From Candidatus Kuenenia stuttgartensis (GTDB taxonomy: Bacteria; Planctomycetota; Brocadiia; Brocadiales; Brocadiaceae), in contig NZ_LT934425.1 in assembly GCF_900232105.1 (NCBI RefSeq), positions 3,270,001 through 3,302,000 on the forward strand: a DNA stretch of 32,000 bases, read 5' to 3'. Every line of letters starts with the position of its first letter. Positions within the stretch are counted from its first letter, which is position 1. Made by a program: the position numbers and the translations under genes. Positions 1 through 8,754 of the stretch are shown here, in pieces. The notes beneath the pieces were generated by a model, which was given only the letters and a program-made list of their open reading frames with translations, did no database searches and was not told where the DNA came from.

Positions 1-610
1 TAGAAAATTCTTTTCTTGAAGCAACTACTCTCTGTTGCCGTTTTTCTATTTCACCCAATCGTTTTTTAAGATCATGTATTTTTCTTGAAACAATACGATT
101 ATCTACTTCAAGTTGTTTTTCTCCTGGCCCCCTTGTGCCTATTCCTCCTTCAATTCGTGAAAGATGTGTCCACATCCGTTTAAGTCTTGGTTTTGTGTAT
201 TCCAACTGAGCTAATTCTACCTGAAGTTTTGCCTGGTGGGTCTTTGCCCTTGTGGCGAATATGTCTAAAATCAACTCACTACGATCAATTACCTTTTTTT
301 CAATGATTTTTTCCAAATTTTTTACCTGTGCGGGGGTAAGGTTATCGTCACAAATGAGTACATCTGCGTCCATTTCAACCGCTATTTTTTGCAGCTCTTG
401 CGCCTTTCCTTTTCCAATATAATACAATGGGTCTATGTGCGCTCTTTTTTGGATTACTGTATAAATTACGTTTGCTCCTGCAGTTTTTGCCAATCTGCTT
501 AACTCTTCCAAAGGTTCTTCATCAAGGTCAATAATATTGGGATAAGAAAGCGCTCTGAATAGGATAGCGCGTTCCGCCCTGACAGAAAAACTGGTATCTT
601 TTAATTTCAC
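1..610 (-). CDS. hflX: GTPase HflX, N-terminal part (gene truncated by window edge)
   Basis: Reverse-strand translation from a GTG at 610 gives VKLKDTSFSVRAERAILFRALSYPN...YYIGKGKAQELQ...VELAQLEYTKPRLKRMWTHLSRIEGGIGTRGPGEKQLEVDNRIVSRKI..., which includes the HflX GIGTRGPGE-QLE signature. Not in the supplied ORF list because it is open at the window edge. Confidence 0.9.
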   Translation of the reverse strand, partial: MKLKDTSFSVRAERAILFRALSYPNIIDLDEEPLEELSRLAKTAGANVIYTVIQKRAHIDPLYYIGKGKAQELQKIAVEMDADVLICDDNLTPAQVKNLEKIIEKKVIDRSELILDIFATRAKTHQAKLQVELAQLEYTKPRLKRMWTHLSRIEGGIGTRGPGEKQLEVDNRIVSRKIHDLKKRLGEIEKRQQRVVASRKEFS

Positions 611-619
611 GTAATCAGT

Positions 620-1348
620 TTACTCCCTTTTCGATAAGACAATTCTTGCGTCAACGGTTTTTGTCCCTTTCGGGTAAATAAGGATTGGGTTAAGATCTAT
701 TTCTTTAATTTCCTCATTAGAAATCATGATATCTGATACCCGAATAATGATATGGCATATTTCTGAAATATCCAGTGGCGCTGCATTTCTAAATCCGCTT
801 AAAAGTCTGGCGCCTTTTACTTCGCGAATCATGTCAAGCGCTTCGTAATCTTCTACGGGAGCGATACGAAAGGAAACGTCCTTAAAAAGCTCAACAAAAA
901 TACCTCCTATCCCGAACATCACTGTTGGTCCGAATTGCGGATCTCTCAGGCCGCCTACAATAATTTCGGTTGAGGGAGTTGACATTTCTTCCACGAGGAT
1001 TCCATATATCCTTGCATCCGGTACAGTTTTACTAATGTTTTTAAAGATTTTTTCGTATGCAGCCGCAACTTCTTTATCATTTTGTATGTTTAACATTACT
1101 CCGCCTGCATCCGTTTTGTGGCTGAGGTCAGGGGATATGATTTTGAGAACGACAGGGTATTTTATGGAATTTGCAGCCTGGATTGCTTCATGGGCAGATG
1201 AGGCAACTAAAAATCTGGTAGTAACGATTCCGTATGTTCCAAGTAGTTGTTTTGCTTCCGGCTCTAAGAGTTCATGCCGGTTTTGCTCCAAAGCGTTTTG
1301 TATTATCTTTTGAGCATTACGGGCGGTATGCGATAAAAATATATTCAT
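620..1348 (-). CDS. ATP-grasp domain protein, acetate/acyl-CoA ligase (ADP-forming) beta-subunit-like
   Basis: ORF 620..1441 with ELLEPEAKQLLGTYGIVTTRFLVASSAHEAI...YPVVLKIISPDLSHKTDAGGVMLN and DPQFGPTVMFGIGGIFVE. The true start is probably the internal Met at 1348 (MNIFLSHTARNAQK); the longer TTG start runs toward the IS flank. Confidence 0.85.
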   Translation of the reverse strand: MNIFLSHTARNAQKIIQNALEQNRHELLEPEAKQLLGTYGIVTTRFLVASSAHEAIQAANSIKYPVVLKIISPDLSHKTDAGGVMLNIQNDKEVAAAYEKIFKNISKTVPDARIYGILVEEMSTPSTEIIVGGLRDPQFGPTVMFGIGGIFVELFKDVSFRIAPVEDYEALDMIREVKGARLLSGFRNAAPLDISEICHIIIRVSDIMISNEEIKEIDLNPILIYPKGTKTVDARIVLSKRE

Positions 1349-1420
1349 CCTTTGTGTTTGTAAAGAATCCACCCGCGGAGCAGGTGGCTTTGGGATAACC
1401 CCTATAAGGGGATGAAAATG

Positions 1421-1996
1421 CCTTCCTTCCAAAGGAAGCAAGGTTGAGTTGTCCCCATTTTAAATTTACCGTTGTGACTCTTCTTGGCGCTCTTTCTGCT
1501 CTTGATATTTCACATATTTACGTATCTTTTCCGTATCCAAACCAACGGTATCGACACAGTAACCTCTCGACCAGAAATGATTACCCCAATAAGGTTTTTG
1601 CTTCAAATGTCGAAACTTATTGAAAACTCGAATAGCTGTTCTGCCTTTGATTATACCTACAAAATCGGATATCGATATCTTGGGTACTACCATGACAAGC
1701 AGATGAACATGGTCAATTTGTACATTTAACTCAACAACTTCACAGCCTTTTTGTTCAGAAAATGCTCTGATACACTTACCTACTTCTTCTGCTACTTGAC
1801 CAGTAAGTATTCTTAGACGATATTTTGGTGTCCAAAGAATATGATATTGACAATGCCATATCGTATGCGATAATTTGCGAAATCGACTCATTTGTTACTC
1901 CTTTGTTGATGTTGTGGGACAACTCAACTTAGATTGTAACAATGAGTCGTTTTACTGGCAAAGCCTTTAAACTCTGACCACGCCCACAGGGCGTGG
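1421..1996 (-). mobile_element. IS200/IS605-type element, approximate extent
   Basis: The TnpA gene is flanked by a perfect 8-bp-stem palindrome CCACGCCC-ACA-GGGCGTGG (1978..1996) on its upstream side and an imperfect hairpin CCTTCCTTCC-AAA-GGAAGCAAGG (1421..1443) on its downstream side. Exact ends are not determinable by eye. Confidence 0.5.
1466..1891 (-). CDS. tnpA: IS200/IS605 family transposase TnpA (Y1 HUH transposase)
   Basis: 141-aa protein with IDHVHLLV (HUH motif) and a C-terminal IRKYVKYQEQ catalytic-Tyr region; full length for the family. Confidence 0.93.
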   Translation of the reverse strand: MSRFRKLSHTIWHCQYHILWTPKYRLRILTGQVAEEVGKCIRAFSEQKGCEVVELNVQIDHVHLLVMVVPKISISDFVGIIKGRTAIRVFNKFRHLKQKPYWGNHFWSRGYCVDTVGLDTEKIRKYVKYQEQKERQEESQR

Positions 1997-2082
1997 TTTT
2001 CCACATTATTAATAAAGATAAAAAATCTTGAATTCCAGCGGTGTAAACAATAGATTAATGTAATTATAACGAAAGAAAGACA

Positions 2083-3507
2083 ATGTTCAAAGAATATATA
2101 TCCTATACAGAAAGCAACAACCAATGGCTGGTACATGAGCAGTTTACTTTCCTTGTATCACACCTCAAACATCTCAAAACGTTAAACAATCATACCACGA
2201 TCAAAATTAATAGAGAAGATAGGTTTAAAATACTTGCCGGGTTTGAAGTTGTTAAATCAGATGAAGCATATAGCTTTATTCTTAAGATTTATAAATATCC
2301 TTCACTATTTCAGCAATTGAAGCAATTGTTTAAACGAACCAAGGCATTTAGGGAGTTTTATATGACGTACCTTGCCGCTTCAAAGGGCGTTCCTGTGGAA
2401 GTACCCGTTGCGTTTGGCGAACAAAAATGTTTTTTCATTAAAAAATCATACCTTATCATAAAAAAAATCGAAAATTCTCATACCTTAAACGATTATTTTA
2501 GAGACAATAATTGTTTTGCAGAACGAAGGTCTGTTCTAAAAGAATTTGGCAAACTATCAAGATTTATTCATGATTCCGGCATAAAACAGGATGATTATTC
2601 GTTAAATAATTTCTTAGTTTTTAAGCGTGATGGGGACACAAGGATTATTTTAATTGATTTTGAAAGGGTATCAATACAACGCGGGAGTCTTTTGGAAAAA
2701 CAAAGTATTTTGTATCTGGCAAAGTTGAATAGAGCAAAAGGGATATTCTGCAATACGGAGCGTCTTCGTTTTCTCATGACATACGTCGAAGGTGATTATG
2801 TATATTGCAAACAACTGGCAAAACGAATTGAATCCCTGACATTCGCATTGCAAAAAAAGGATTCGAAAAAGTTTGTGCAGCAATGTATTCATGAGAATAG
2901 AAAATTTGGCATTTTTAAAAATGCCGGATTCTTTGGCAGGTATAGAAAAGCATATTCTCAGGAAACGATACGGATACTATTAGCGACGACAGACCAAATG
3001 GTTAATGGTACAGTGCAGGCCAAGCAATATCAGATAGTACGGTTTACAAAAATGCCTTCATACCAAAAGCGATTTAGAGGCGCAGTAGATTTGTGGAAGC
3101 ATGCGAATGCCTTGTTTGCGCTGAGAATTAACGTTCCTGTTCCGGTAGGGATATTTAAGAGAATATCATCCGGATGGCCAAAAGACGAATTTTTCATTTA
3201 TCAACTGCCAGATAACTGGACGCCAATAGACCAGCATCTTTCTTCAACCGATGATTTAGCAATTTTGATGCGAACGATAAAGGTGTTTATAGAAGAAATA
3301 TCTCCGTTCGGCATCGTCAGACAAGATATGAATACGCGCGATATCATTCTCCATACGGATAAACATCACCGGCTGAAATGTTTTTTAAAGGATTATTCCG
3401 CATTTTTTTTAAACAGACAATCATATCAGCAAAATAAATCGTTCAATATGAAGGTTTTTGATCAGGCTTTAATGATACATGGTCAGTTAAAAAAATCTGA
3501 AGGGTAA
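2083..3507 (+). CDS. Lipopolysaccharide (Kdo/WaaP)-like kinase family protein with apparent duplicated kinase fold
   Basis: 474 aa. First half has RTKAFREFYMTYLAASKGVPVEVPVAFG...KLSRFIHDSGIKQDDYSLNNFLVFKRDGDTRIILIDFERVS (WaaP/RIO-like catalytic loop and metal-binding Asp). Second half has a parallel arrangement (KRFRGAVDLWKHANALFALRINVPVPVGIF...FGIVRQDMNTRDIILHTDKHHRLKCFLKDYS). Confidence 0.7.
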   Translation: MFKEYISYTESNNQWLVHEQFTFLVSHLKHLKTLNNHTTIKINREDRFKILAGFEVVKSDEAYSFILKIYKYPSLFQQLKQLFKRTKAFREFYMTYLAASKGVPVEVPVAFGEQKCFFIKKSYLIIKKIENSHTLNDYFRDNNCFAERRSVLKEFGKLSRFIHDSGIKQDDYSLNNFLVFKRDGDTRIILIDFERVSIQRGSLLEKQSILYLAKLNRAKGIFCNTERLRFLMTYVEGDYVYCKQLAKRIESLTFALQKKDSKKFVQQCIHENRKFGIFKNAGFFGRYRKAYSQETIRILLATTDQMVNGTVQAKQYQIVRFTKMPSYQKRFRGAVDLWKHANALFALRINVPVPVGIFKRISSGWPKDEFFIYQLPDNWTPIDQHLSSTDDLAILMRTIKVFIEEISPFGIVRQDMNTRDIILHTDKHHRLKCFLKDYSAFFLNRQSYQQNKSFNMKVFDQALMIHGQLKKSEG

Positions 3508-3700
3508 TTGCTAACGAAAGCAATGTGTAGGGCATTGCATCGCCTGCCAAAAAATAAGCTGCAAGATACAGGGAATCCCCACGTTTAAGCTGAATAGTTA
3601 CAATCGTTCATACTTATAGATAACTCCGTTGATATACTCTTTTTCTGGGAAATCCGTAAATTTGTGATCCATTAATTAAAAAGACTTACGACAACCATTG

Positions 3701-5567
3701 TTTGCAACGGATGTTCACCCCTGCCAAAACGCATAAGTGCTTAATACATAGTTTGTTAAGGCTGTATTTTTAATAAATATGTAGTCACTAATATATTGTT
3801 ATTATCCGACAATATACTTGACTGATAATGGTTGTTATCTGTACAATGGTGGACATGCATATTGTAGAGAACAAGTCAAAATCCGGTAAAAAAATCTATC
3901 GATCTACCCTTCTGCGGGAATCGTACCGTGAGGATGGGAAGGTCAAGAAACGCACCATTGCGAATCTGTCGAATTGCACTCCCCTGGAGATTGAAGCGAT
4001 AAGACTTGCACTCGCACATAAAGACGATCTCTGTGCATTGGGCGCATTGTCAGAATCGGTGAAACTCCATGAGGGTTTGTCTGTGGGAGCAGCGTGGAGC
4101 GTGTACCAAGTGGCAAAGGAATTAGGGATAGAAGAGGCATTGGGAAAGGACTTTGAAGGAAAGCTGGCGCTTTGGCAAGTAATGGCAAGGGTAATAGGCC
4201 GGGGGTCAAGACTGTCTGCAGTAAGGCTGGCGCAGATACATGCTGCGGGTGACGTCCTGGATATGAAGCGTGGGTTTGACGAGAACAATCTGTACGATAA
4301 TTTGTCATGGTTGTCAGAGAATCAGGCAAAGATAGAGCGAAAGCTGTTTGAGTTAAGACGAGGAGGCAATAAGCCGAAGTTGTTTTTGTATGACGTGACG
4401 AGCAGTTATTTAGAGGGGAAGTCGAATCATTTTGGTGAGTACGGGTATAATCGTGACGGCAAAAAGAGGAAAAAACAGATAGTGATCGGTATGCTTTGTG
4501 ATGAATCCGGGGAGCCGGTATCAACAGAAGTATTTAGGGGCAACACCCAGGATCCGAAGACCTTTGAATCTCAGGTAAAGAAGGTATTAGAGCGGTTTGG
4601 ATGTAAAGATGTAACGATTGTAGGAGATCGTGGGATGATCAAGACGGTGCAAATCGAAAGTTTACCGGAAGGGTTTCATTACATAACGGCGATAACTAAG
4701 CCGCAGATAGAGTCGTTGATAAATAAAGGGATACTGCAATTAGGATTGTTCGAAGAAAAGCTCTGCGAGATAAAGGATGATGAGGTTCGATATATTCTGA
4801 GGCGCAATCCGGTAAGGGCGGAAGAGATGTCAAAGACCCGTGTATCAAAATTACAGAGTATAGAGAAATACATCGTGAAGAAGAACAGTTATCTGAAGGA
4901 ACATCCTAAGTCGTCAGTATCGAAGGCCCTGGAAACAACAAGGGAAAGGCTAACGAGATTGAAACTTGATGGGTGGGTGCAGATAAAAGAAGAGGATAGG
5001 ACGCTAAAGATAGAGAGAGCTGAGGAAGCATTAAAGGAGGCATCATACCTTGATGGTTGTTACGCAATCAAGACTGATCTTGAGGAGAACGAGGCGGATA
5101 CCAATCTGGTACATGAACGATACAAGGATTTAACGGAAGTGGAGAAGGCGTTTCGGGACTGTAAGACGGTGAATTTGGAGGTTCGTCCGGTGTATGTAAG
5201 AAAGGAGGATAGTACACGGGGACATGTGTTTGTGGTAATGCTTGCGTACATGATAATTCGAAGGCTGCGCAGAGCGTGGAAGAATTTTGACTTGACGGTA
5301 GAGGAAGGTCTCGCACAATTGACGACCATTTGTTCGATGGAAGTAACAATCAAAGGCCAAAAAGCTAGTTGCCAGAAGATCCCGCGTCCGCGGCAACAAT
5401 CACATGAATTATTAGAGGCATTACAGATAAAGTTGCCAGAAGTATTGCCAAGCCGGAACATACGGGTAGTCACTAGAAAAAAGCTTGCTGTTCGGCGTAA
5501 AAGTCAATAAATATAAGGCTTTTACGGCACTTTTGTTTTTTGACTTGGGGTGAACATCCGTTGCAAA
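3701..5567 (+). mobile_element. IS1634-type insertion sequence
   Basis: Perfect 21-bp inverted repeats TTTGCAACGGATGTTCACCCC (3701..3721) and GGGGTGAACATCCGTTGCAAA (5547..5567) bracket one intact transposase ORF. Confidence 0.85.
3828..5510 (+). CDS. IS1634 family transposase (DDE, IS4-like)
   Basis: 560 aa; MHIVENKSKSGKKIYRSTLLRESYREDGKVKKRTIANLS N-terminus, KLFLYDVTSSYLEG, VTIVGDRGMI, and a C-terminal HVFVVMLAYMIIRRL region typical of the family. The start could be an internal Met. Confidence 0.9.
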   Translation: MVVICTMVDMHIVENKSKSGKKIYRSTLLRESYREDGKVKKRTIANLSNCTPLEIEAIRLALAHKDDLCALGALSESVKLHEGLSVGAAWSVYQVAKELGIEEALGKDFEGKLALWQVMARVIGRGSRLSAVRLAQIHAAGDVLDMKRGFDENNLYDNLSWLSENQAKIERKLFELRRGGNKPKLFLYDVTSSYLEGKSNHFGEYGYNRDGKKRKKQIVIGMLCDESGEPVSTEVFRGNTQDPKTFESQVKKVLERFGCKDVTIVGDRGMIKTVQIESLPEGFHYITAITKPQIESLINKGILQLGLFEEKLCEIKDDEVRYILRRNPVRAEEMSKTRVSKLQSIEKYIVKKNSYLKEHPKSSVSKALETTRERLTRLKLDGWVQIKEEDRTLKIERAEEALKEASYLDGCYAIKTDLEENEADTNLVHERYKDLTEVEKAFRDCKTVNLEVRPVYVRKEDSTRGHVFVVMLAYMIIRRLRRAWKNFDLTVEEGLAQLTTICSMEVTIKGQKASCQKIPRPRQQSHELLEALQIKLPEVLPSRNIRVVTRKKLAVRRKSQ

Positions 5568-5658
5568 ACGGGCAAAAATGTTGGTTAATCAAACAGCGTT
5601 GAATGGCATAGTAAAATATAAATATGAAAAAAGTGAGAAAATTATTTAGAAAAAATAT

Positions 5659-5685
5659 TAAACTGTTTAGAATTTGTGTCGATAA
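5659..5685 (+). promoter_or_regulatory. Putative sigma-28 (FliA) type promoter upstream of flagellin
   Basis: TAAA (5659..5662) - exactly 15 nt - GTCGATAA (5678..5685), against the consensus TAAA-N15-GCCGATAA. Confidence 0.7.
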
Positions 5686-5833
5686 AAAAAACAGACATAA
5701 AGCGGAAATAAAGTAAAAAAGCGTACAAGGACACGACTAGTCAGTCTAAAAGGTGTTTTAACAAATGTAATTGTGATAGGGTTATATCCGTTAAATAAAC
5801 AGGGAAAACATTTAAAAACAAGGAGGTTGGGAT

Positions 5834-6730
5834 ATGTCAAGAATTAATACAAACATTAATGCGTTGAATGCGTTGCGATCGTTAAATGATATTAACACGC
5901 AACTGTCGGTTTCGCAATTAAGGCTTGCGACTGGCAAAAGAATTAATAATGCCGCCGACGATGCCGCGGGTTTTACGATTGCCAAGAAATTCAATGCCCG
6001 TTCACAAGGGCTTGGACAGGCACTTGCGAACATAGGTTCTGCCAAGAATCTTATGTCGGTTGCGGAAGGCCATCTGAATAACATCCTCGATATTTTAACA
6101 CAGATGAAGACAAAGGCGACGCAGGCGGCAGACGATTCGTTAGGGAGTGCAGAACGTAACGCTATTCAGTCGGAACTCAAAGCATTGGCAACACAAATTG
6201 ATCTCGAAGTTACCCAGTCCACATGGAACTCCAAGTCAATATTTGGTACGGGGAATTCTACTACGGGAGCGGCAAGTAGTGTGCAGTTTAAATTCCAGAT
6301 TGGCGCAGGGGCAAGCAGCACCAATGATGTGTTGAAGTTTGACTTGTTAGCGAAAGACAATGTAAGCTTTGATGGCGGCAATACAAACTATAAGTCTGAT
6401 GGATTGCGGGTAAGTGTTGCGACGGCGGGCAGGGCGGTTACTTCTTCGGCGTCCGCGCAGGCATTGATGAGCAATATAGATACCGCCATTGCGGATGTAT
6501 CAGAAGGGTTGAGTTACATTGGTGCAGTAGTGAACAGGCTGACCTATCAGGAAACCAGTTTAACGGTAGCGAGGACTAATACCGAGGCGGCTAGGAGCCG
6601 TATTGAGGATGCGGACATGGCATACGAGCAGTTGCAGTCAACAAAGCTGCAGATATTACAACAGACTGCAAGCGCTATGTTGGCGCAGGCGAATGCAGGG
6701 CCTCAGTCAATCTTACAGCTTTTCGGATAA
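5834..6730 (+). CDS. fliC: Flagellin
   Basis: MSRINTNINALNALRSLNDINTQLSVSQLRLATGKRINNAADDAAGFTIAKKF N-terminal D0/D1 and C-terminal NRLTYQETSLTVARTNTEAARSRIEDADMAYEQLQSTKLQILQQTASAMLAQAN; strong SD aaggaggttg upstream. Confidence 0.98.
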   Translation: MSRINTNINALNALRSLNDINTQLSVSQLRLATGKRINNAADDAAGFTIAKKFNARSQGLGQALANIGSAKNLMSVAEGHLNNILDILTQMKTKATQAADDSLGSAERNAIQSELKALATQIDLEVTQSTWNSKSIFGTGNSTTGAASSVQFKFQIGAGASSTNDVLKFDLLAKDNVSFDGGNTNYKSDGLRVSVATAGRAVTSSASAQALMSNIDTAIADVSEGLSYIGAVVNRLTYQETSLTVARTNTEAARSRIEDADMAYEQLQSTKLQILQQTASAMLAQANAGPQSILQLFG

Positions 6731-6746
6731 TAAAGGGTGTATTATC

Positions 6747-6776
6747 GGGGATGGGCAGCAATGCCCGTCCCCTTTT
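6747..6776 (+). terminator. Rho-independent terminator after the first flagellin
   Basis: GGGGATGGGCA-GCAA-TGCCCGTCCCC stem-loop (one T-G wobble) followed by TTTT, 17 nt after the flagellin stop. Confidence 0.8.
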
Positions 6777-6897
6777 CTATTAATAGTGAAATTGTCTTTA
6801 AATTTTATTAGGCATAATGTATTGTTATTTTCATATAGGAATCATATATTAGCTTGCCGGTTTTTGGCGTTTTTTTCTTAAATCAGGGGAATTTAAA

Positions 6898-8685
6898 ATG
6901 GCACTATCCTCTCTTACATCAGCGTATAGCTCGAATTCTGGACTCAATTCGTTAATTGCGCAATATATGTCGTTAGAGAAAAGACCCCTATATGATTTGC
7001 AAAGCCAAAGGACGAAACTATATAGTAAAATAGACCTGTATACAGACCTGAATTCAAAAATTTCAGGTCTGCTCGACCCAACAAAAGATCTAGCCAGCGC
7101 GGATAACAGTTCTGTCTATAATTCCAGAAGCGTAAGTACCAGTGAAAGCAAAGAAGTGTCTGCTACTACAGGTAGCAATGCCGCTACAGGGACGTATCAA
7201 ATACGCGTTAAACAGTTGGCCTCCGGATCGTCCGTACAAAGTTCCAGCGGGTTGATTACTAAAGCAGCGGTGGTTAGCAGTTCAAAGGTTGCGCCGGGTT
7301 CAGGAACGATTGATGTGACAAAGAGTTTTGGTGATGCGGGATTTGGAACTGCTCCAACGGGAGCGGTAACGATTAATGGGTGGACTTCATCTGATTTGGC
7401 AACATATGCTTCGGTGCAGGCGTTTATGGATGATGTCAATACGAATGCTGCGGCAAATATGTATTATGATAGTACTGAAGATACATTTTATTTAGAGGAT
7501 ACGACAAGCGGTTCTTTGACTTTTACTGAATCGGAAACTCCGGGTGGGAGCGGGTTTTTTACTCAGGTAAAAATGAGAAATGCAGCGGGTGATTATAATA
7601 GCGCTACTGCAGTAACCGGTATTCAGGCGGATGTACTTTTGTCAGAGGCAAATTTTGATACGGCAGTATCAGGCTCCGGGAGTTTTAAGATTAACGGAAT
7701 AGAAATTTCATGGGATGCAAGTACGGATACTTTGAATAGCGTTATAAACAGGATTAATAATTCAGATGCCAACGTAACGGCATATTATGATACATCGCTG
7801 GATAGAGTGGTAATGAATTCCAAAAGCACAGGGAGTTCTGATACTATTACCCTGGCAGACGTATCGGGAACATTCCTGATGAATACGTTTAAATTCAGTG
7901 GACAAACCGCCAGCGGAGGTGCCGATGCCAAGTTTACTATTAATAGCACAAGCTCCGGTGATGAAATCTCAAAAAGCTCTAACGATTTTACCATAAATGG
8001 CATTAACTATACTTTAAAACAAGCGAATGTTTCCGCTTATACGGAGAATACGTTTACAACAATCACTGTGAATCAGGATACCAGCGCGATTAAAACAAAA
8101 ATTAATGACTTTCTTGAAAAATTTAACGCACTGACAAGTCATATAAAAGACAAGTCTGGTGTTGATACGGAAAAGTTCACCAGGGGGCCTCTTGCGGGTA
8201 ATACAACCTTTATTAATATAAGGAGACAATTGTTACAGATAGTGGTTGAGAAGGTGACAGGTCTTACTGAAGGAGAACCCAATTACCTCCGTAAGATAGG
8301 CATTACCGTGGACAGTAATTTAAAGGTGAGTTTGTCCGATACCTCTGCATTTGATAGTGCTATTAAATCGAATCCCAAAGCGGTTGAGAATTTATTTAAC
8401 GCTACAAATGGCGTTGCAAAAAAGATAGAATCTTTACTAAAACCGTTTGTTGAGAGCACGTCTTCTACGACCGGTTCCCTCATTGATAATACAAAGAGCA
8501 CAATAAATACCCAGATAACAGGGATCAACAATAGAATTAAAAGTATGGAAACACGACTGTCGTTAAAAGAGAACCAATATCGCCAACAGTTGTCTAAAAT
8601 GCAGGAATTATTAAACAATCTGGTACTTCAGGGTTCTCAGATAACAATGCTTACAAACTCGGCTTTAAACATGATGGGAACATAG
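6898..8685 (+). CDS. fliD: Flagellar filament capping protein / hook-associated protein 2
   Basis: 595 aa; N-terminal MALSSLTSAYSSNSGLNSLIAQYMSLEKRPLYDLQSQRTKLYSKIDLYTDLNSKISGL and C-terminal NRIKSMETRLSLKENQYRQQLSKMQELLNNLVLQGSQITMLTN coiled coil; GTFLMNTFKFSGQTASGG-type core. Confidence 0.92.
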   Translation: MALSSLTSAYSSNSGLNSLIAQYMSLEKRPLYDLQSQRTKLYSKIDLYTDLNSKISGLLDPTKDLASADNSSVYNSRSVSTSESKEVSATTGSNAATGTYQIRVKQLASGSSVQSSSGLITKAAVVSSSKVAPGSGTIDVTKSFGDAGFGTAPTGAVTINGWTSSDLATYASVQAFMDDVNTNAAANMYYDSTEDTFYLEDTTSGSLTFTESETPGGSGFFTQVKMRNAAGDYNSATAVTGIQADVLLSEANFDTAVSGSGSFKINGIEISWDASTDTLNSVINRINNSDANVTAYYDTSLDRVVMNSKSTGSSDTITLADVSGTFLMNTFKFSGQTASGGADAKFTINSTSSGDEISKSSNDFTINGINYTLKQANVSAYTENTFTTITVNQDTSAIKTKINDFLEKFNALTSHIKDKSGVDTEKFTRGPLAGNTTFINIRRQLLQIVVEKVTGLTEGEPNYLRKIGITVDSNLKVSLSDTSAFDSAIKSNPKAVENLFNATNGVAKKIESLLKPFVESTSSTTGSLIDNTKSTINTQITGINNRIKSMETRLSLKENQYRQQLSKMQELLNNLVLQGSQITMLTNSALNMMGT

Positions 8686-8754
8686 ATGAGGTTCTAATAA
8701 ATAGAGGGTCTTCTCCCTATCGAGTGGGTAAAAATGAGCGAAAATTGCTTTGTG

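Noticed and set aside
5068-5473. Minus-strand ORFs of 93 and 137 aa inside the IS1634 transposase (5068..5349, 5060..5473), and others at 3896..4524
   Set aside because: Fully antisense to a well-supported transposase CDS, with compositions resembling shadow ORFs; no family features.
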